This document shows positions 29,402 to 39,523 of a DNA stretch of 64,000 nt, piece by piece. Below the pieces are notes generated by a model that saw only the letters and a program-made list of their open reading frames with translations, ran no database searches and was not told the origin of the DNA. The stretch covers positions 12,067 through 76,066 of the forward strand of contig CAJOMC010000002.1 in the NCBI GenBank assembly GCA_905235635.1, read 5' to 3'. Both the position numbers and the translations under genes were made by a program. The first letter of the stretch is position 1. Every line of letters starts with the position of its first letter. The stretch is from an uncultured Bacilli bacterium (GTDB taxonomy: Bacteria; Bacillota_I; Bacilli_A; Izemoplasmatales; UBA1188).

Positions 29402-31786
29402 ATGTTAAGAGTTAGGAAAAGAAATGGCAATATCGTTTCTTTCGATATTGCAAAAATTGAAAGTGCTCTTAAGAGAGCATTCGAAGACGTTAGAAAAGAA
29501 TCATCTAAGGATGTTATTGAACTACTTGCCTTAAGAGTAGTATCAAATTTCCTAGGTAAAACCAAAGATGGCATTATTGGTGTTGAAGACATCCAAGATA
29601 GCGTTGAGGTTGTGCTTATTCAAGCTGATTTCGCAGATGTTGCTAAATCTTACATTTTATATAGAAAACAACATGAAAATATTCGTCAAGCAAAGTCGAC
29701 TCTTTTAGACTACAAAAATACAGTTGATAACTACTTAAAGATTGCTGACTGGAGAGTTAAAGAAAACTCTACAGTTACATATTCAGTAGGTGGTTTAATA
29801 TTATCTAACTCTGGTGCTATTACTGCTAACTACTGGTTAAGTGAAGTATATGATGAAGAGATAGCTAACGCTCATAAAAACTGTGATATCCATATCCATG
29901 ACTTATCTATGCTTAGTGGATACTGTGCAGGATGGAGCTTAAAACAATTAATTAAAGAAGGTCTTGGTGGTGTTCAATCTAAGATATCTTCTACTCCTGC
30001 ATCTCACTTATCCACTCTCTGTAACCAAATGGTTAACTTCCTAGGTATTATGCAAAATGAATGGGCAGGCGCACAAGCATTCTCTTCTTTTGATACTTAC
30101 CTCGCACCTTTCGTTAAAGCAGACAACCTAACATATAAAGAAGTTAAACAATGTATCCAATCATTTGTGTATGGTGTTAATACTCCTTCTCGTTGGGGTA
30201 CACAAGCTCCATTTACTAATATCACTTTAGACTGGGTAGTTCCAAATGATCTAGCTGAACTTAACTGTATAGTGGGTGGCAAGGAACAAGACTTCAAATA
30301 TAAAGATTGTGTTAAAGAAATGGCTATGGTTAATAAAGCCTTCATTGAAATAATGATTGAAGGCGATGCTAATGGTAGAGGTTTCCAATATCCAATCCCA
30401 ACATATTCAATCACAAGAGATTTTGATTGGAGTGATACAGAAAACAATAGACTTCTATTTGAAATGACTGCGAAATATGGTACACCATACTTCTCAAACT
30501 ATATTAACTCTGATATGGAACCAAGCGATGTTAGATCTATGTGCTGTAGACTACGTCTTGATTTAAGAGAATTAAGAAAAAAGAGTGGTGGCTTCTTCGG
30601 TTCAGGTGAATCAACTGGCTCAATTGGTGTAGTTACAATCAACATGCCAAGAATTGCATATCTATCAAAAGATGAAGATGAATTCTATGAAAGATTATCT
30701 AAGTTAATGGACTTAGCTGCTAAATCATTAAAGATAAAGAGAACTGTGGTCACAAGTTTACTTGAATCAGGATTATATCCTTATACTAAGAGATATCTAG
30801 GCACCTTCAACAACCACTTCTCTACAATTGGACTTGTTGGTATGAATGAAGCTTGTCTTAATGCTAATTGGATTAGAGAAGATTTAACTAATGCTAAAGC
30901 ACAAGAATTCACTGAGAATACATTAAATTTCATGAGAAATAAATTATCAGATTTCCAAGAAAAATATGGTGATTTATATAACCTTGAGGCAACTCCAGCT
31001 GAATCAACTGCTTATAGACTTGCGAAACATGATAAGGAAAAGTATCCAAACATCATCACCGCAACTTCTCCAGATAATACTCCATATTATACTAACTCAT
31101 CACATCTCCCTGTATCTTATACAGAAGATGTGTTCAGCGCTCTTGATATTCAAGATAGATTCCAAACTCTTTATACATCTGGAACTGTATTCCATACATT
31201 CCTAGGTGAAAAGATGCCAAGTTGGGAATCTACTGCAAAGCTAGTTAGAACTATCGCTAATAACTATAAACTTCCATATTTCACTTTATCACCAACTTAT
31301 TCAGTATGTCCTGAACATGGATACATCACTGGTAAGATGGACACATGTCCACTTTGTGGTAAAGAAACTGAAATATATTCAAGAATTACTGGTTACTATA
31401 GACCTGTTAAAAACTGGAATGCTGGTAAAACTCAAGAATTCAAAGAAAGAAAGACATATGACGCTATAGGATCTCTAACTAAACACAGAGAGAAGGAAGA
31501 TAAAATTTTAACTGAAGTAGAGGATAAATCTAATATTGATGCATGTACTATCAATAAAGAGATTCTTCTCTTCGTAAGAAAAGATTGCCCTAACTGTATG
31601 ATGGCTGAAATGATGCTTGATAGAGCTCATATCCAATATAAGGCCATAGATGCTGAAGAAAATGTTCAAATGACTAAATCATACAATATTACATCAGCAC
31701 CTACAATGGTAGTTCCTGGAAGCGAAAACTTAAAAGTATTTGAAAATGCTTCTAATATTAAAAGATATATTGAAGAGAATAGATAG
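29402..31786 (+). CDS. nrdD: Anaerobic ribonucleoside-triphosphate reductase (class III) with N-terminal ATP-cone and C-terminal fused thioredoxin-fold CxxC domain
   Basis: ATP-cone start MLRVRKRNGNIVSFDIAKI. SMCCRLRLD finger-loop region. Zn ribbon CPEHG..CPLCG. Glycyl-radical motif SRITGYYRPV. An extra ~110 aa follows, with LFVRKDCPNCMMAE. Confidence 0.9.
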   Translation: MLRVRKRNGNIVSFDIAKIESALKRAFEDVRKESSKDVIELLALRVVSNFLGKTKDGIIGVEDIQDSVEVVLIQADFADVAKSYILYRKQHENIRQAKSTLLDYKNTVDNYLKIADWRVKENSTVTYSVGGLILSNSGAITANYWLSEVYDEEIANAHKNCDIHIHDLSMLSGYCAGWSLKQLIKEGLGGVQSKISSTPASHLSTLCNQMVNFLGIMQNEWAGAQAFSSFDTYLAPFVKADNLTYKEVKQCIQSFVYGVNTPSRWGTQAPFTNITLDWVVPNDLAELNCIVGGKEQDFKYKDCVKEMAMVNKAFIEIMIEGDANGRGFQYPIPTYSITRDFDWSDTENNRLLFEMTAKYGTPYFSNYINSDMEPSDVRSMCCRLRLDLRELRKKSGGFFGSGESTGSIGVVTINMPRIAYLSKDEDEFYERLSKLMDLAAKSLKIKRTVVTSLLESGLYPYTKRYLGTFNNHFSTIGLVGMNEACLNANWIREDLTNAKAQEFTENTLNFMRNKLSDFQEKYGDLYNLEATPAESTAYRLAKHDKEKYPNIITATSPDNTPYYTNSSHLPVSYTEDVFSALDIQDRFQTLYTSGTVFHTFLGEKMPSWESTAKLVRTIANNYKLPYFTLSPTYSVCPEHGYITGKMDTCPLCGKETEIYSRITGYYRPVKNWNAGKTQEFKERKTYDAIGSLTKHREKEDKILTEVEDKSNIDACTINKEILLFVRKDCPNCMMAEMMLDRAHIQYKAIDAEENVQMTKSYNITSAPTMVVPGSENLKVFENASNIKRYIEENR

Positions 31787-31789
31787 AAA

Positions 31790-32686
31790 ATGAAATACGA
31801 TTCAATAGTAATCGGTGCTGGGGCTGCAGGTATGACTGCAGCCTTAAACATCTTAAGAAACGGAAAAAGTGTATTAATAATCGAAAAAGAACAGATTGGT
31901 GGTCAAATAGCCTCTTGTCCTAAAGTAGAAAATTTCCCTTCTATCAAAGAGACATCAGGTGTAGCGTTCTCTACTAACCTTTTTAACCAAGTAATGGCTC
32001 TAGGCGCAGAATTTACGCTTGAAGAGGTATTAGAGGTTAAGAAAGAGAGTGATGAATCATTTATCGTAACAACTGACTACGCTACATATATAGGTCGCAC
32101 CGTCATAATCGCAACTGGTGCTTCTCATAATAAGATAAATAAACCTGGTGAAGAATTAAAAGGTGTATCCTACTGTGCCCTATGTGATGGTCCATTCTAT
32201 AAGGGTGAAGATGTTGCGGTAATTGGAGATGCGAATACCGCACTCCAATACGCGATACTTCTATCAGGCTATGCAAAGACAGTTCACTTCTGTATGTTAT
32301 TTGATAGATTCTTTGGAGATAAGATATTAGTAGATAGACTACTTAATATCCCTAATGTAAAGATATATAAAAATATCTCCCTTGAAGAAATGAAGGGAGA
32401 TAAGAATCTATCATCATTGCATTTCATTAACACTAAAACAAATGAACCATTTGATTTAGATGTTAAGGCATGCTTTATCGCAATTGGTGAATCACCAAAA
32501 ACTGAAGTTTTTAAAGATTTAGTTGATAGAGATAGAAACTATATTCTAACTAATGAGAATATGGAAACTAAAACTAAGGGATTATACTGTATAGGAGATG
32601 TTAGATCTAAACAAGTTAGACAACTAACTACTGCCTGTAGTGATGCGGCAATAGCTGCATTCAATATATCTAAGAACTTATCTTAG
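31790..32686 (+). CDS. Thioredoxin-reductase-like flavoprotein lacking canonical NADPH-binding motifs
   Basis: FAD motif IVIGAGAAGMTAA and redox CALC (compare CATC). GDANTA replaces GGGNSA/GGGNTA. MLFDRFFG replaces HRRDxFRA. Confidence 0.75.
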   Translation: MKYDSIVIGAGAAGMTAALNILRNGKSVLIIEKEQIGGQIASCPKVENFPSIKETSGVAFSTNLFNQVMALGAEFTLEEVLEVKKESDESFIVTTDYATYIGRTVIIATGASHNKINKPGEELKGVSYCALCDGPFYKGEDVAVIGDANTALQYAILLSGYAKTVHFCMLFDRFFGDKILVDRLLNIPNVKIYKNISLEEMKGDKNLSSLHFINTKTNEPFDLDVKACFIAIGESPKTEVFKDLVDRDRNYILTNENMETKTKGLYCIGDVRSKQVRQLTTACSDAAIAAFNISKNLS

Positions 32687-33378
32687 TATCCTCTTAGGCG
32701 AACATCATTCACATATTCTTCTAAAATGTGCTTGTATTCAAGCACTTTTTTATTATCTACTGGGTGTAGTGCCTTATTAGGTACATATTCAGATATTTCA
32801 AACTTTTGAAGGAATAATACTCTTGCACCCTTAATAAATTCACCAATACCTCTAATATTGTCTTCTTTATGATATTCATCTATTAGAGTAGTCCTAAACT
32901 CATATGGGAATGAATGATCTAAAAGATATGATACTGATTCTTTGAAGGGCTCCATATTAAGGTTAACTCTACCAGTGATATCCGAATATGAATCAGGACT
33001 ATTTTTTATATCTATTGCGACATAATCAATTAAGTTATTCTCAATTAATTCTTTTAACATTTTAGGGTTAGAACCATTAGTATCAAGCTTAACTTTATAT
33101 CCAAAAGATTTAATCCATTTAATAGTTTCTGGTAGATCTTCATATAGTGTTGGTTCACCACCCGTAATTACAACACCAGTTAATCTATTTTTATGTGATT
33201 CTAAAAACTCTTCTAATTCTTTATTATCTATTGCATCTTGATTATAGACACTATCTTCTACTAATTCATAGTTATGACAAAAAGGGCATCTTAAATTACA
33301 CCCTTTAGTAAAGAGTGTACAAGATACTTCAGAGTCATAATCAACAAGCGATAGTTTTTGAATACCATAAAATTTCAT
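32683..33378 (-). CDS. nrdG: Anaerobic ribonucleotide reductase activating protein (radical SAM)
   Basis: CNLRCPFCHN (CX3CX2C) and GGEPTL. It is convergent with the nrdD module. Confidence 0.85.
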   Translation of the reverse strand: MKFYGIQKLSLVDYDSEVSCTLFTKGCNLRCPFCHNYELVEDSVYNQDAIDNKELEEFLESHKNRLTGVVITGGEPTLYEDLPETIKWIKSFGYKVKLDTNGSNPKMLKELIENNLIDYVAIDIKNSPDSYSDITGRVNLNMEPFKESVSYLLDHSFPYEFRTTLIDEYHKEDNIRGIGEFIKGARVLFLQKFEISEYVPNKALHPVDNKKVLEYKHILEEYVNDVRLRGY

Positions 33379-33488
33379 TTTCTAATACCTTTTTATTATT
33401 ATACTACATATTATTTCATTGATTCTTTGTGATCTTTCTAGTGACAAGACAGATATTAAACATAGAGTATTAATCTCACTCTATTATT

Positions 33489-34133
33489 TTATATAATTTG
33501 TTCCTCTTCTTCTATTTCATCTTCGATTAATGTATTGTCATAAATCATGCCGAGAAAACTATTCTTTAGGAATGAAGTTTTATACCTTCTCGATAACATC
33601 ACAATAACTGGTAACATTAACGCCATTATCACTATATTTACTGCGGTTGATGGGAGGACATAAGATACATTATAAATAATACCTTCAAGATATGTTACCT
33701 CATAAAACAACATAGAGTTAATACTAGATGATAGTATTCTGAGTAGACCTTGTAACGCAATCATAAGCGCTAGTACCACAAAAGAAAATACCACATTTAA
33801 CTTTTCCTTACTTGTATACATGTTAAATATAGGTTTAGCCACAAGGCCTAATATAGCGGTTAAGCCAAATGGTATTAAATAATCAAAGACAAAGAACGCT
33901 ATTCCATATGCATCTATTACCGCAGTTATAATGCTATAGATGATACCACTTGCGATAAAACCTTTAATTGGTCCATGTCTTAATGCCACAATAAATAGTG
34001 GCACCATAGAGAAATTAATAGAACCTCCTGTTGAACCTATTGGTATTTTAACGAATGTATCAAGTACTATCGCAAGTGCGGATAATACACCTATTTCTGT
34101 AATCTCTCTTATTGTAAATCTACTATTATTCAT
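33489..34133 (-). CDS. thiT: Thiamine transporter, ECF S-component ThiT
   Basis: 214 aa, polytopic. The N-terminus NNSRFTIREITEIGVLSALA resembles ThiT. A TPP riboswitch lies directly upstream. Confidence 0.75.
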   Translation of the reverse strand: MNNSRFTIREITEIGVLSALAIVLDTFVKIPIGSTGGSINFSMVPLFIVALRHGPIKGFIASGIIYSIITAVIDAYGIAFFVFDYLIPFGLTAILGLVAKPIFNMYTSKEKLNVVFSFVVLALMIALQGLLRILSSSINSMLFYEVTYLEGIIYNVSYVLPSTAVNIVIMALMLPVIVMLSRRYKTSFLKNSFLGMIYDNTLIEDEIEEEEQII

Positions 34134-34149
34134 TTCTTTTATACCTCCT

Positions 34150-34300
34150 TAATATAAGTAGGGGCCAAGCCAAAAAGACTAAGCCCCTACTTATATTAAA
34201 CCTACGCTAGTATTACCTAGATCAGGTATAGGTCGTTATACCATATTTACTATAATATAACCTCTCAGCCTTAATAGCTCCCTTTAATATTTATATTTAA
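34150..34300 (-). ncRNA. TPP (THI-box) riboswitch with expression-platform hairpin
   Basis: The minus strand reads ATATTAAAGGGAGC..CTGAGAGG...ACCTGATCTAGGTAATACTAGCGTAGGTTTAATAT. P1 is ATATTAAA/TTTAATAT. A hairpin AATATAAGTAGGGGC/GCCCCTACTTATATT abuts the AAGGAGG SD. Confidence 0.85.
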
Positions 34301-34320
34301 TTATTTATTTGTCCCTATCT

Positions 34321-35631
34321 TTATTTTAAATCAATTAGCTTACAAATGTCATCAATAGATTGAAGATTGTGTCTCACTTTATCTATATCATTCTCTATCA
34401 CAATGTCTTTTTCCTCTGGTAAAAGACAGTGATGAACTCCACCTTTACCGTTCATACTATTTTGGTATGAACCTGTGCCTATTAATCCAATATATAAATC
34501 ATCTATATTTGGTAGGTCTATATATCCTTTATCTTTTAGATAATAGATATCATCACAGTCACAAGTAATACCACCAAGTCTTCCCTTTATAGTAGGTTTA
34601 TTTAATCCATTTACAGGTGTCACAAATATTGGTTCACCTAAGGCATACATCTCAGGTAATGCGATTAAGAGTGATCCATCTATGATATGCCAAGGATAAT
34701 TATCAGTGTATTTCTTTGCGACTACTTTATATAGATTAATTGTGGAGTCTTTCTGAGAATATTTACCATTCTCAGAAATGAGGTTAGGCTCTTTCACATT
34801 ATATTTTTTAGATAATTCTTTTAAGTGATTAAGTACTTCTTTAGCCCAAGCATAGTAATCAAAGCCATAATCTATAGGAAGTGGTGTTCCACCACCTATA
34901 TCAAAATTAACAACTGTATCATATTTTTTATGTGCTTCTACATAAAAGTTAAATACTTTATCAAAGTTGATATAGAATTTCTCTTTTTCATAATCAAAGC
35001 CTCTTTGATGGAAATGGATAGTAGTGAGTTTTAGATTTGTACTTCCAATATCACTTAAGATATATTCATAATCTTTAAGTGGAAGTCCAAATCTATCATT
35101 TAATACTACATCTCCTTCTTCATTATATAAGGCACTAATATGAATTCTAAGACCTACTTCAAGTGATACCTTTCTTTCTTTCAGATATTCATATTCTTCA
35201 AGTGAATCAATGATATCTATAATCTTATATCCTTCATTATGAATATCAATAATCTTATCTATATAGTTTCTTTCCTTATTACCATTAGAAACTATATATT
35301 TATCTTTTCCATCTTTATGGTTTAAGAACATCTTATGAGTTAAAAGTAAATCATAGTATGAAGATGTTTCAAGACCATCTGAATAGATAAATGATGTTTC
35401 TATTTCTTCTTTAGAATAATTAGCTTTATTAGCGTTTAAATAGATAAATTTAGAACTATACCCTAATTCATCTATTCCTTTATTAAAGGCATCCTTTAAT
35501 TCTAATACCCTATTCTTGATGATATCAAGAAAAGTTATTTTCAGTGGTGTCCCATATTTAATGGCTAAATCTTTTAGATTGTAGCCAAAATAAAAAAGTT
35601 CACCATTCTCCTCTTTTAATAATTTCTCCAT
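34321..35631 (-). CDS. PLP-dependent group IV decarboxylase, compact SpeA-like (arginine/ornithine decarboxylase)
   Basis: Motifs NANKAN (PLP Lys), DIGGGTPLP, SENGKY, GGITCDCDD and GTGSYQNSM..VHHCLLP. These resemble the SpeA signatures GGG, ESGR, CDS and YQE..HNLF. Confidence 0.6.
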   Translation of the reverse strand: MEKLLKEENGELFYFGYNLKDLAIKYGTPLKITFLDIIKNRVLELKDAFNKGIDELGYSSKFIYLNANKANYSKEEIETSFIYSDGLETSSYYDLLLTHKMFLNHKDGKDKYIVSNGNKERNYIDKIIDIHNEGYKIIDIIDSLEEYEYLKERKVSLEVGLRIHISALYNEEGDVVLNDRFGLPLKDYEYILSDIGSTNLKLTTIHFHQRGFDYEKEKFYINFDKVFNFYVEAHKKYDTVVNFDIGGGTPLPIDYGFDYYAWAKEVLNHLKELSKKYNVKEPNLISENGKYSQKDSTINLYKVVAKKYTDNYPWHIIDGSLLIALPEMYALGEPIFVTPVNGLNKPTIKGRLGGITCDCDDIYYLKDKGYIDLPNIDDLYIGLIGTGSYQNSMNGKGGVHHCLLPEEKDIVIENDIDKVRHNLQSIDDICKLIDLK

Positions 35632-35632
35632 C

Positions 35633-36553
35633 TTAGTTCTCCATTATGGTTCCTTTAAGGCCATTAAGCGCATCATATGCGCTTTCTATATCAGTGATAA
35701 TAGCTTTAGCGTCTTTACTTTTTTCAAGGAATCTTAAAGACGCAATTACCTTTGGTTTCATTGATCCTTCACCAAACTCATTATTCTTTAAATATTCCTC
35801 TATAACGCATTTTTTAACTTTACCGAGTGATATTTCATTTTCTTTCTTATAATTGATTTTAACGCTTTCTACAGCCGTTAAAATAAGCAATATATCAGCA
35901 CCTATTGATGATGCGAGTAGGCTTGATGCGTAATCTTTATCTATTACCGCATCAATACCTTCAATCATATTATTATCATTTAATACGACAGGGATTCCAC
36001 CACCTCCTGCGCATATCACGATAAAGCCTTTATTAACTAATGTATCTATTTCTTTTTCTTCTAGGATTTTAACTGGATTGGGTGATGCGAATACTCTTCT
36101 ATAACCTCTACCTGAATCTTCCATATAATCCACGTTCATCTTTTTAATCTCATCTAATGAGTAGAATGAACCAATAGGTTTTGTGGGATGATTAAAGGCA
36201 TCATCTTTTTTATCTACTAATACAGTAGTGATAATTGTAGATACACTTTTATCAATATTCTCTTTATTTAATTCGTTCTGAAAAGATTCTTTAAGGTGAT
36301 AACCAATATAGCCTTCACTCATTGCCCCACACTCAGGGAATGGCATATTATAGACTTTATCATTAATCTTGCCTCCTTCACTGAAGGCAAGATTAATGAG
36401 ACCTACTTGAGGACCATTACCATGAGTGATAATTACTTCATGTCCATCTTTAATAATTGGGATAATGTTTTTCGCAGTTAGTTCTGCGTTTTTCTTTTGA
36501 GTGATTGGATCGTTTCCTAGCGCATTACCACCAAGCGCAATAACAATTCTCAC
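35633..36553 (-). CDS. arcC: Carbamate kinase
   Basis: MRIVIALGGNAL...THGNGPQVG and CAGGGGIPV. Confidence 0.9.
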   Translation of the reverse strand: MRIVIALGGNALGNDPITQKKNAELTAKNIIPIIKDGHEVIITHGNGPQVGLINLAFSEGGKINDKVYNMPFPECGAMSEGYIGYHLKESFQNELNKENIDKSVSTIITTVLVDKKDDAFNHPTKPIGSFYSLDEIKKMNVDYMEDSGRGYRRVFASPNPVKILEEKEIDTLVNKGFIVICAGGGGIPVVLNDNNMIEGIDAVIDKDYASSLLASSIGADILLILTAVESVKINYKKENEISLGKVKKCVIEEYLKNNEFGEGSMKPKVIASLRFLEKSKDAKAIITDIESAYDALNGLKGTIMEN

Positions 36554-36555
36554 TT

Positions 36556-37551
36556 TTAGTTATCTCCATAAAGTGTTGCATACATTACAGCTTTAATTGT
36601 GTGGAGTCTATTTTCTGCTTCATCAAATACTTTAGACTTAGTTGATTCAAATACTTCTTCAGTGACTTCAAGACCATTTAAACCAAATTTATTGTATACA
36701 TCAAGACCTACTTTAGTTTCTAGGTTATGGAATGACGGAAGGCAATGGATGAATATGGCATCACTTTTAGCCATATTCATTAATTTGGCGTTAACTTGAT
36801 ACTTCTTAAGAAGATTAATGCGTTCTTCCCATACAGAATCAGGTTCACCCATAGATACCCATACATCGGTTGAGATTACATCACAATCTTTAACGCCTTC
36901 AGCAACATCCTCTGTGAGAGTAATCTTTGCGCCGCTAACTCTTGCGATTTCCTGACACTTTTCTATTAAATCTTCACTTGGCCAAAGTTCTTTTGGGCCT
37001 ACCATTCTAAAGTCTAACCCCATCTTGGCACTACCTATCATATATGAGTTACCCATATTGTATCTACCATCACCAAGATATGCGAACTTTAGTCCCTTAA
37101 GGTTTCCTTTAAATTCTTCTATGGTCATAAAATCCGCAAGGATTTGAGTAGGATGATATTTTTCAGTTAAACCATTCCATACTGGTACACCTGAATAATC
37201 TCTTAAGCATTCTACTGTTTCTTCTTTAAAGCCTCTATATTCAATACCATCAAACATTCTGCCTAGTACTCTTGCGGTATCTTTAATAGATTCTTTTTTA
37301 CCCATTTGAGAACCACTTGAACCAATATATACAGCATTCATTCCTAAATCACTAGATGCGACTTCAAAGGCGCATCTAGTCCTTGTGGAATCCTTTTCAA
37401 ATAGTAGTACTACATTCTTTCCTTTTAAGACATCATGTTTAATGCCGCTTTTCTTTTCTTTCTTTAATCTTTTTGATAAATCGAGTAAATATCTTATCTC
37501 TTCTTCACTGAAGTCAAGTAGAGTTAAGAATGATCTTCCTTTTAAATTCAT
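36556..37551 (-). CDS. arcB: Ornithine carbamoyltransferase (catabolic context)
   Basis: STRTR, HPTQ, DVWVSMG and HCLP motifs. Confidence 0.88.
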   Translation of the reverse strand: MNLKGRSFLTLLDFSEEEIRYLLDLSKRLKKEKKSGIKHDVLKGKNVVLLFEKDSTRTRCAFEVASSDLGMNAVYIGSSGSQMGKKESIKDTARVLGRMFDGIEYRGFKEETVECLRDYSGVPVWNGLTEKYHPTQILADFMTIEEFKGNLKGLKFAYLGDGRYNMGNSYMIGSAKMGLDFRMVGPKELWPSEDLIEKCQEIARVSGAKITLTEDVAEGVKDCDVISTDVWVSMGEPDSVWEERINLLKKYQVNAKLMNMAKSDAIFIHCLPSFHNLETKVGLDVYNKFGLNGLEVTEEVFESTKSKVFDEAENRLHTIKAVMYATLYGDN

Positions 37552-37556
37552 AATAA

Positions 37557-38783
37557 TTATTTTTCCTCCTCTCTATATAATGGCATAGACATACATCTTG
37601 GGCCACCACGTCCTCTTGATAATTCACTTGATTCTATAGTGATAACTTTTATACCATATGATTCAAGTATTTTATTAGTTATATCGTTTCTATCATAGGC
37701 TATAACTTTACCGGGTGATATAGATAAACAGTTAGAACCATCGCTCCACTGTTCCCTATCAGATGAGATTAGATCATCTCCACCACAAGGGATAAGGGTA
37801 ACAGGCTTACCTATATATTTTTCTAGAACCACTTCAAGCTTGTCTTTAAGTGGTTTTATATCAAGCTTAGGTGAGTCATTTTCACTTCTTGTGATTTCGA
37901 ATATCTCAAGCCTTTCATAACAGCCTTTATGGATAGTAAATTTATCATAATCAACTTGAGTAAATATAGTATCTAGATGCATAAAGGTTCTAGCTTTTGG
38001 AATCGCAAAAGCTAGTACCCTTTTAAATGTGGTATTAAAGTTATAGAAAATATTCTTAGCGAGTGCCCATACACCTTCAGGTGATGTCCTCTGTGAAACA
38101 CCTACTATTAGTGTTTCACTATTTAATACCATAATATCTCCACCTTCTATTTCAAAGGAGTCATACCTATTATAGTATTTAGGCACGTCTTTAAACATGT
38201 CATGGTATCTAAAGATGAAATCGCCAAAGATGGTCTCTCTTCTTCTTGTCTTTGAATGCATCCTATTTATCACAACCCCATTTCCTATTAAGACAAAAGG
38301 ATCTCTTGTGAAATAGAGATTTGGCATAGGGTTTGTGATAAATGGTGAATCATTAACGTAATCAGATAATGTTCTATATTTAAAGTTATCTATATCTCTT
38401 GTCTTAATACCTGAGATACACTTAAGCACTAGTTCCTTAGTATCAGTAAATGATAATAGATATTCCTTAGTCTTTTCTTTTAAGGTTTGACTTGCGATAT
38501 TTGAATCATTTAAAAATGTATCAATAAATTCTTCTTTAATACTATCATTTTTAATTGATTCAGATACAAGGTCAGTGAGGTAATATATCTTAACACCATT
38601 ATCTTTAAACACTTTAGCGAACTTTTTATGTTCCTCTTTCGCTCTTGGGAGCCAAGGAATATCGTCAAACAATAATTCTTCTAAATATTGAGGAGTTAAA
38701 TTATTAATTTCTTCCCCTGGTTCATGAAGAATTATTGCGCTAAGTTTTCCTATCTCAGAATATATATTTACTTTCTCGCTCAT
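37557..38783 (-). CDS. arcA: Arginine deiminase
   Basis: [33 protein letters not shown] at the N-terminus and [10 protein letters not shown] at the C-terminus. Confidence 0.9.
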   Translation of the reverse strand: MSEKVNIYSEIGKLSAIILHEPGEEINNLTPQYLEELLFDDIPWLPRAKEEHKKFAKVFKDNGVKIYYLTDLVSESIKNDSIKEEFIDTFLNDSNIASQTLKEKTKEYLLSFTDTKELVLKCISGIKTRDIDNFKYRTLSDYVNDSPFITNPMPNLYFTRDPFVLIGNGVVINRMHSKTRRRETIFGDFIFRYHDMFKDVPKYYNRYDSFEIEGGDIMVLNSETLIVGVSQRTSPEGVWALAKNIFYNFNTTFKRVLAFAIPKARTFMHLDTIFTQVDYDKFTIHKGCYERLEIFEITRSENDSPKLDIKPLKDKLEVVLEKYIGKPVTLIPCGGDDLISSDREQWSDGSNCLSISPGKVIAYDRNDITNKILESYGIKVITIESSELSRGRGGPRCMSMPLYREEEK

Positions 38784-38986
38784 ATTAAATCCTACCTAAA
38801 TCGCTTATATTATAATATTAGGGGGAGAAAATGCAATTAATATTTTATAAAATTATTAATTAAAGATTAAAAAACATTATATTAACACAATAATTATATT
38901 TAATTAAAATAGTAGTAAATCGCTATTTCTGGCGATATAAAGGTATATAATTTAAAATGATTAAAGTTACATAGTATAGGCATCTA

Positions 38987-39030
38987 TAAAGAATTGAGGC
39001 ATGGTTTTTACCATGCCTCAATTCTTTATT
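38987..39030. terminator. Strong bidirectional intrinsic terminator
   Basis: AAAGAATTGAGGCATGG ttttta CCATGCCTCAATTCTTT. It lies just downstream of the minus-strand 40.9-39.1 kb gene cluster. Confidence 0.7.
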
Positions 39031-39106
39031 TAAACATATCTAAATAATTAGGGTTTTAGGATTATTTAAAAAGTATTATATAAAATGTATGAAATTATTT
39101 ATAAAA

Positions 39107-39523
39107 TTAATGATTGTATGCGATTTCGTACATTGTCTCAAAATCAAAGTTTGTGTAATAGACATCTATCCTTACGTCGTTAAATACAATTCTGTGTGGT
39201 CCAAAAAAGATTTTAGAACCATCATCATAATATACTTCAATAGAGATATCAGTGCCCCATCTATAGTCGTTCTTAAATGTCCTATAGTATATTGCTTTAT
39301 TTAATAGTTTTTTAAGTGTTTTAATGTCTTCATCTATATTTGTAGTAACTCCATAAAAACCTGGTTCATTTATTACTATATAAGCAATATCTTTAGTCTT
39401 AACTTTAGACGAAACATTTTTTGGACCATATAAAATATTTAATACACAAAGTACTACGAGTATTAGTCCAATAATTATATATAAAAATAAAAGTTTAGGT
39501 TTCTTTAATGATTGCGATTTCAT
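39107..39523 (-). CDS. Hypothetical membrane-anchored protein
   Basis: N-terminal TM LLFLYIIIGLILVVLCVLNIL. The start is placed at ATG 39523, 9 nt after GGGGGGTG; the track start 39535 is GTG. Confidence 0.45.
   Translation of the reverse strand: MKSQSLKKPKLLFLYIIIGLILVVLCVLNILYGPKNVSSKVKTKDIAYIVINEPGFYGVTTNIDEDIKTLKKLLNKAIYYRTFKNDYRWGTDISIEVYYDDGSKIFFGPHRIVFNDVRIDVYYTNFDFETMYEIAYNH

Noticed and set aside
37557-38783. Reading the arc cluster as an agmatine deiminase pathway because of the adjacent arginine-decarboxylase-like gene
   Set aside because: The deiminase has the ArcA N-terminal and [10 protein letters not shown] signatures and ArcA length (408 aa), not AguA. The carbamoyltransferase has the ornithine-type DVWVSMG/HCLP motifs.
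38800-38960. ARG-box or Crp/Fnr-type site upstream of arcA (TGCAATTAATATTTTA; AAATCGC...GCGAT)
   Set aside because: These are only loose matches in an extremely AT-rich region. I could not distinguish them from background by eye.
39089-39304. 71-aa plus-strand ORF overlapping the 142-aa minus-strand gene
   Set aside because: It is antisense to an ORF with a good SD and a TM anchor. It starts inside the terminator-flanking AT-rich region, so it is probably spurious.
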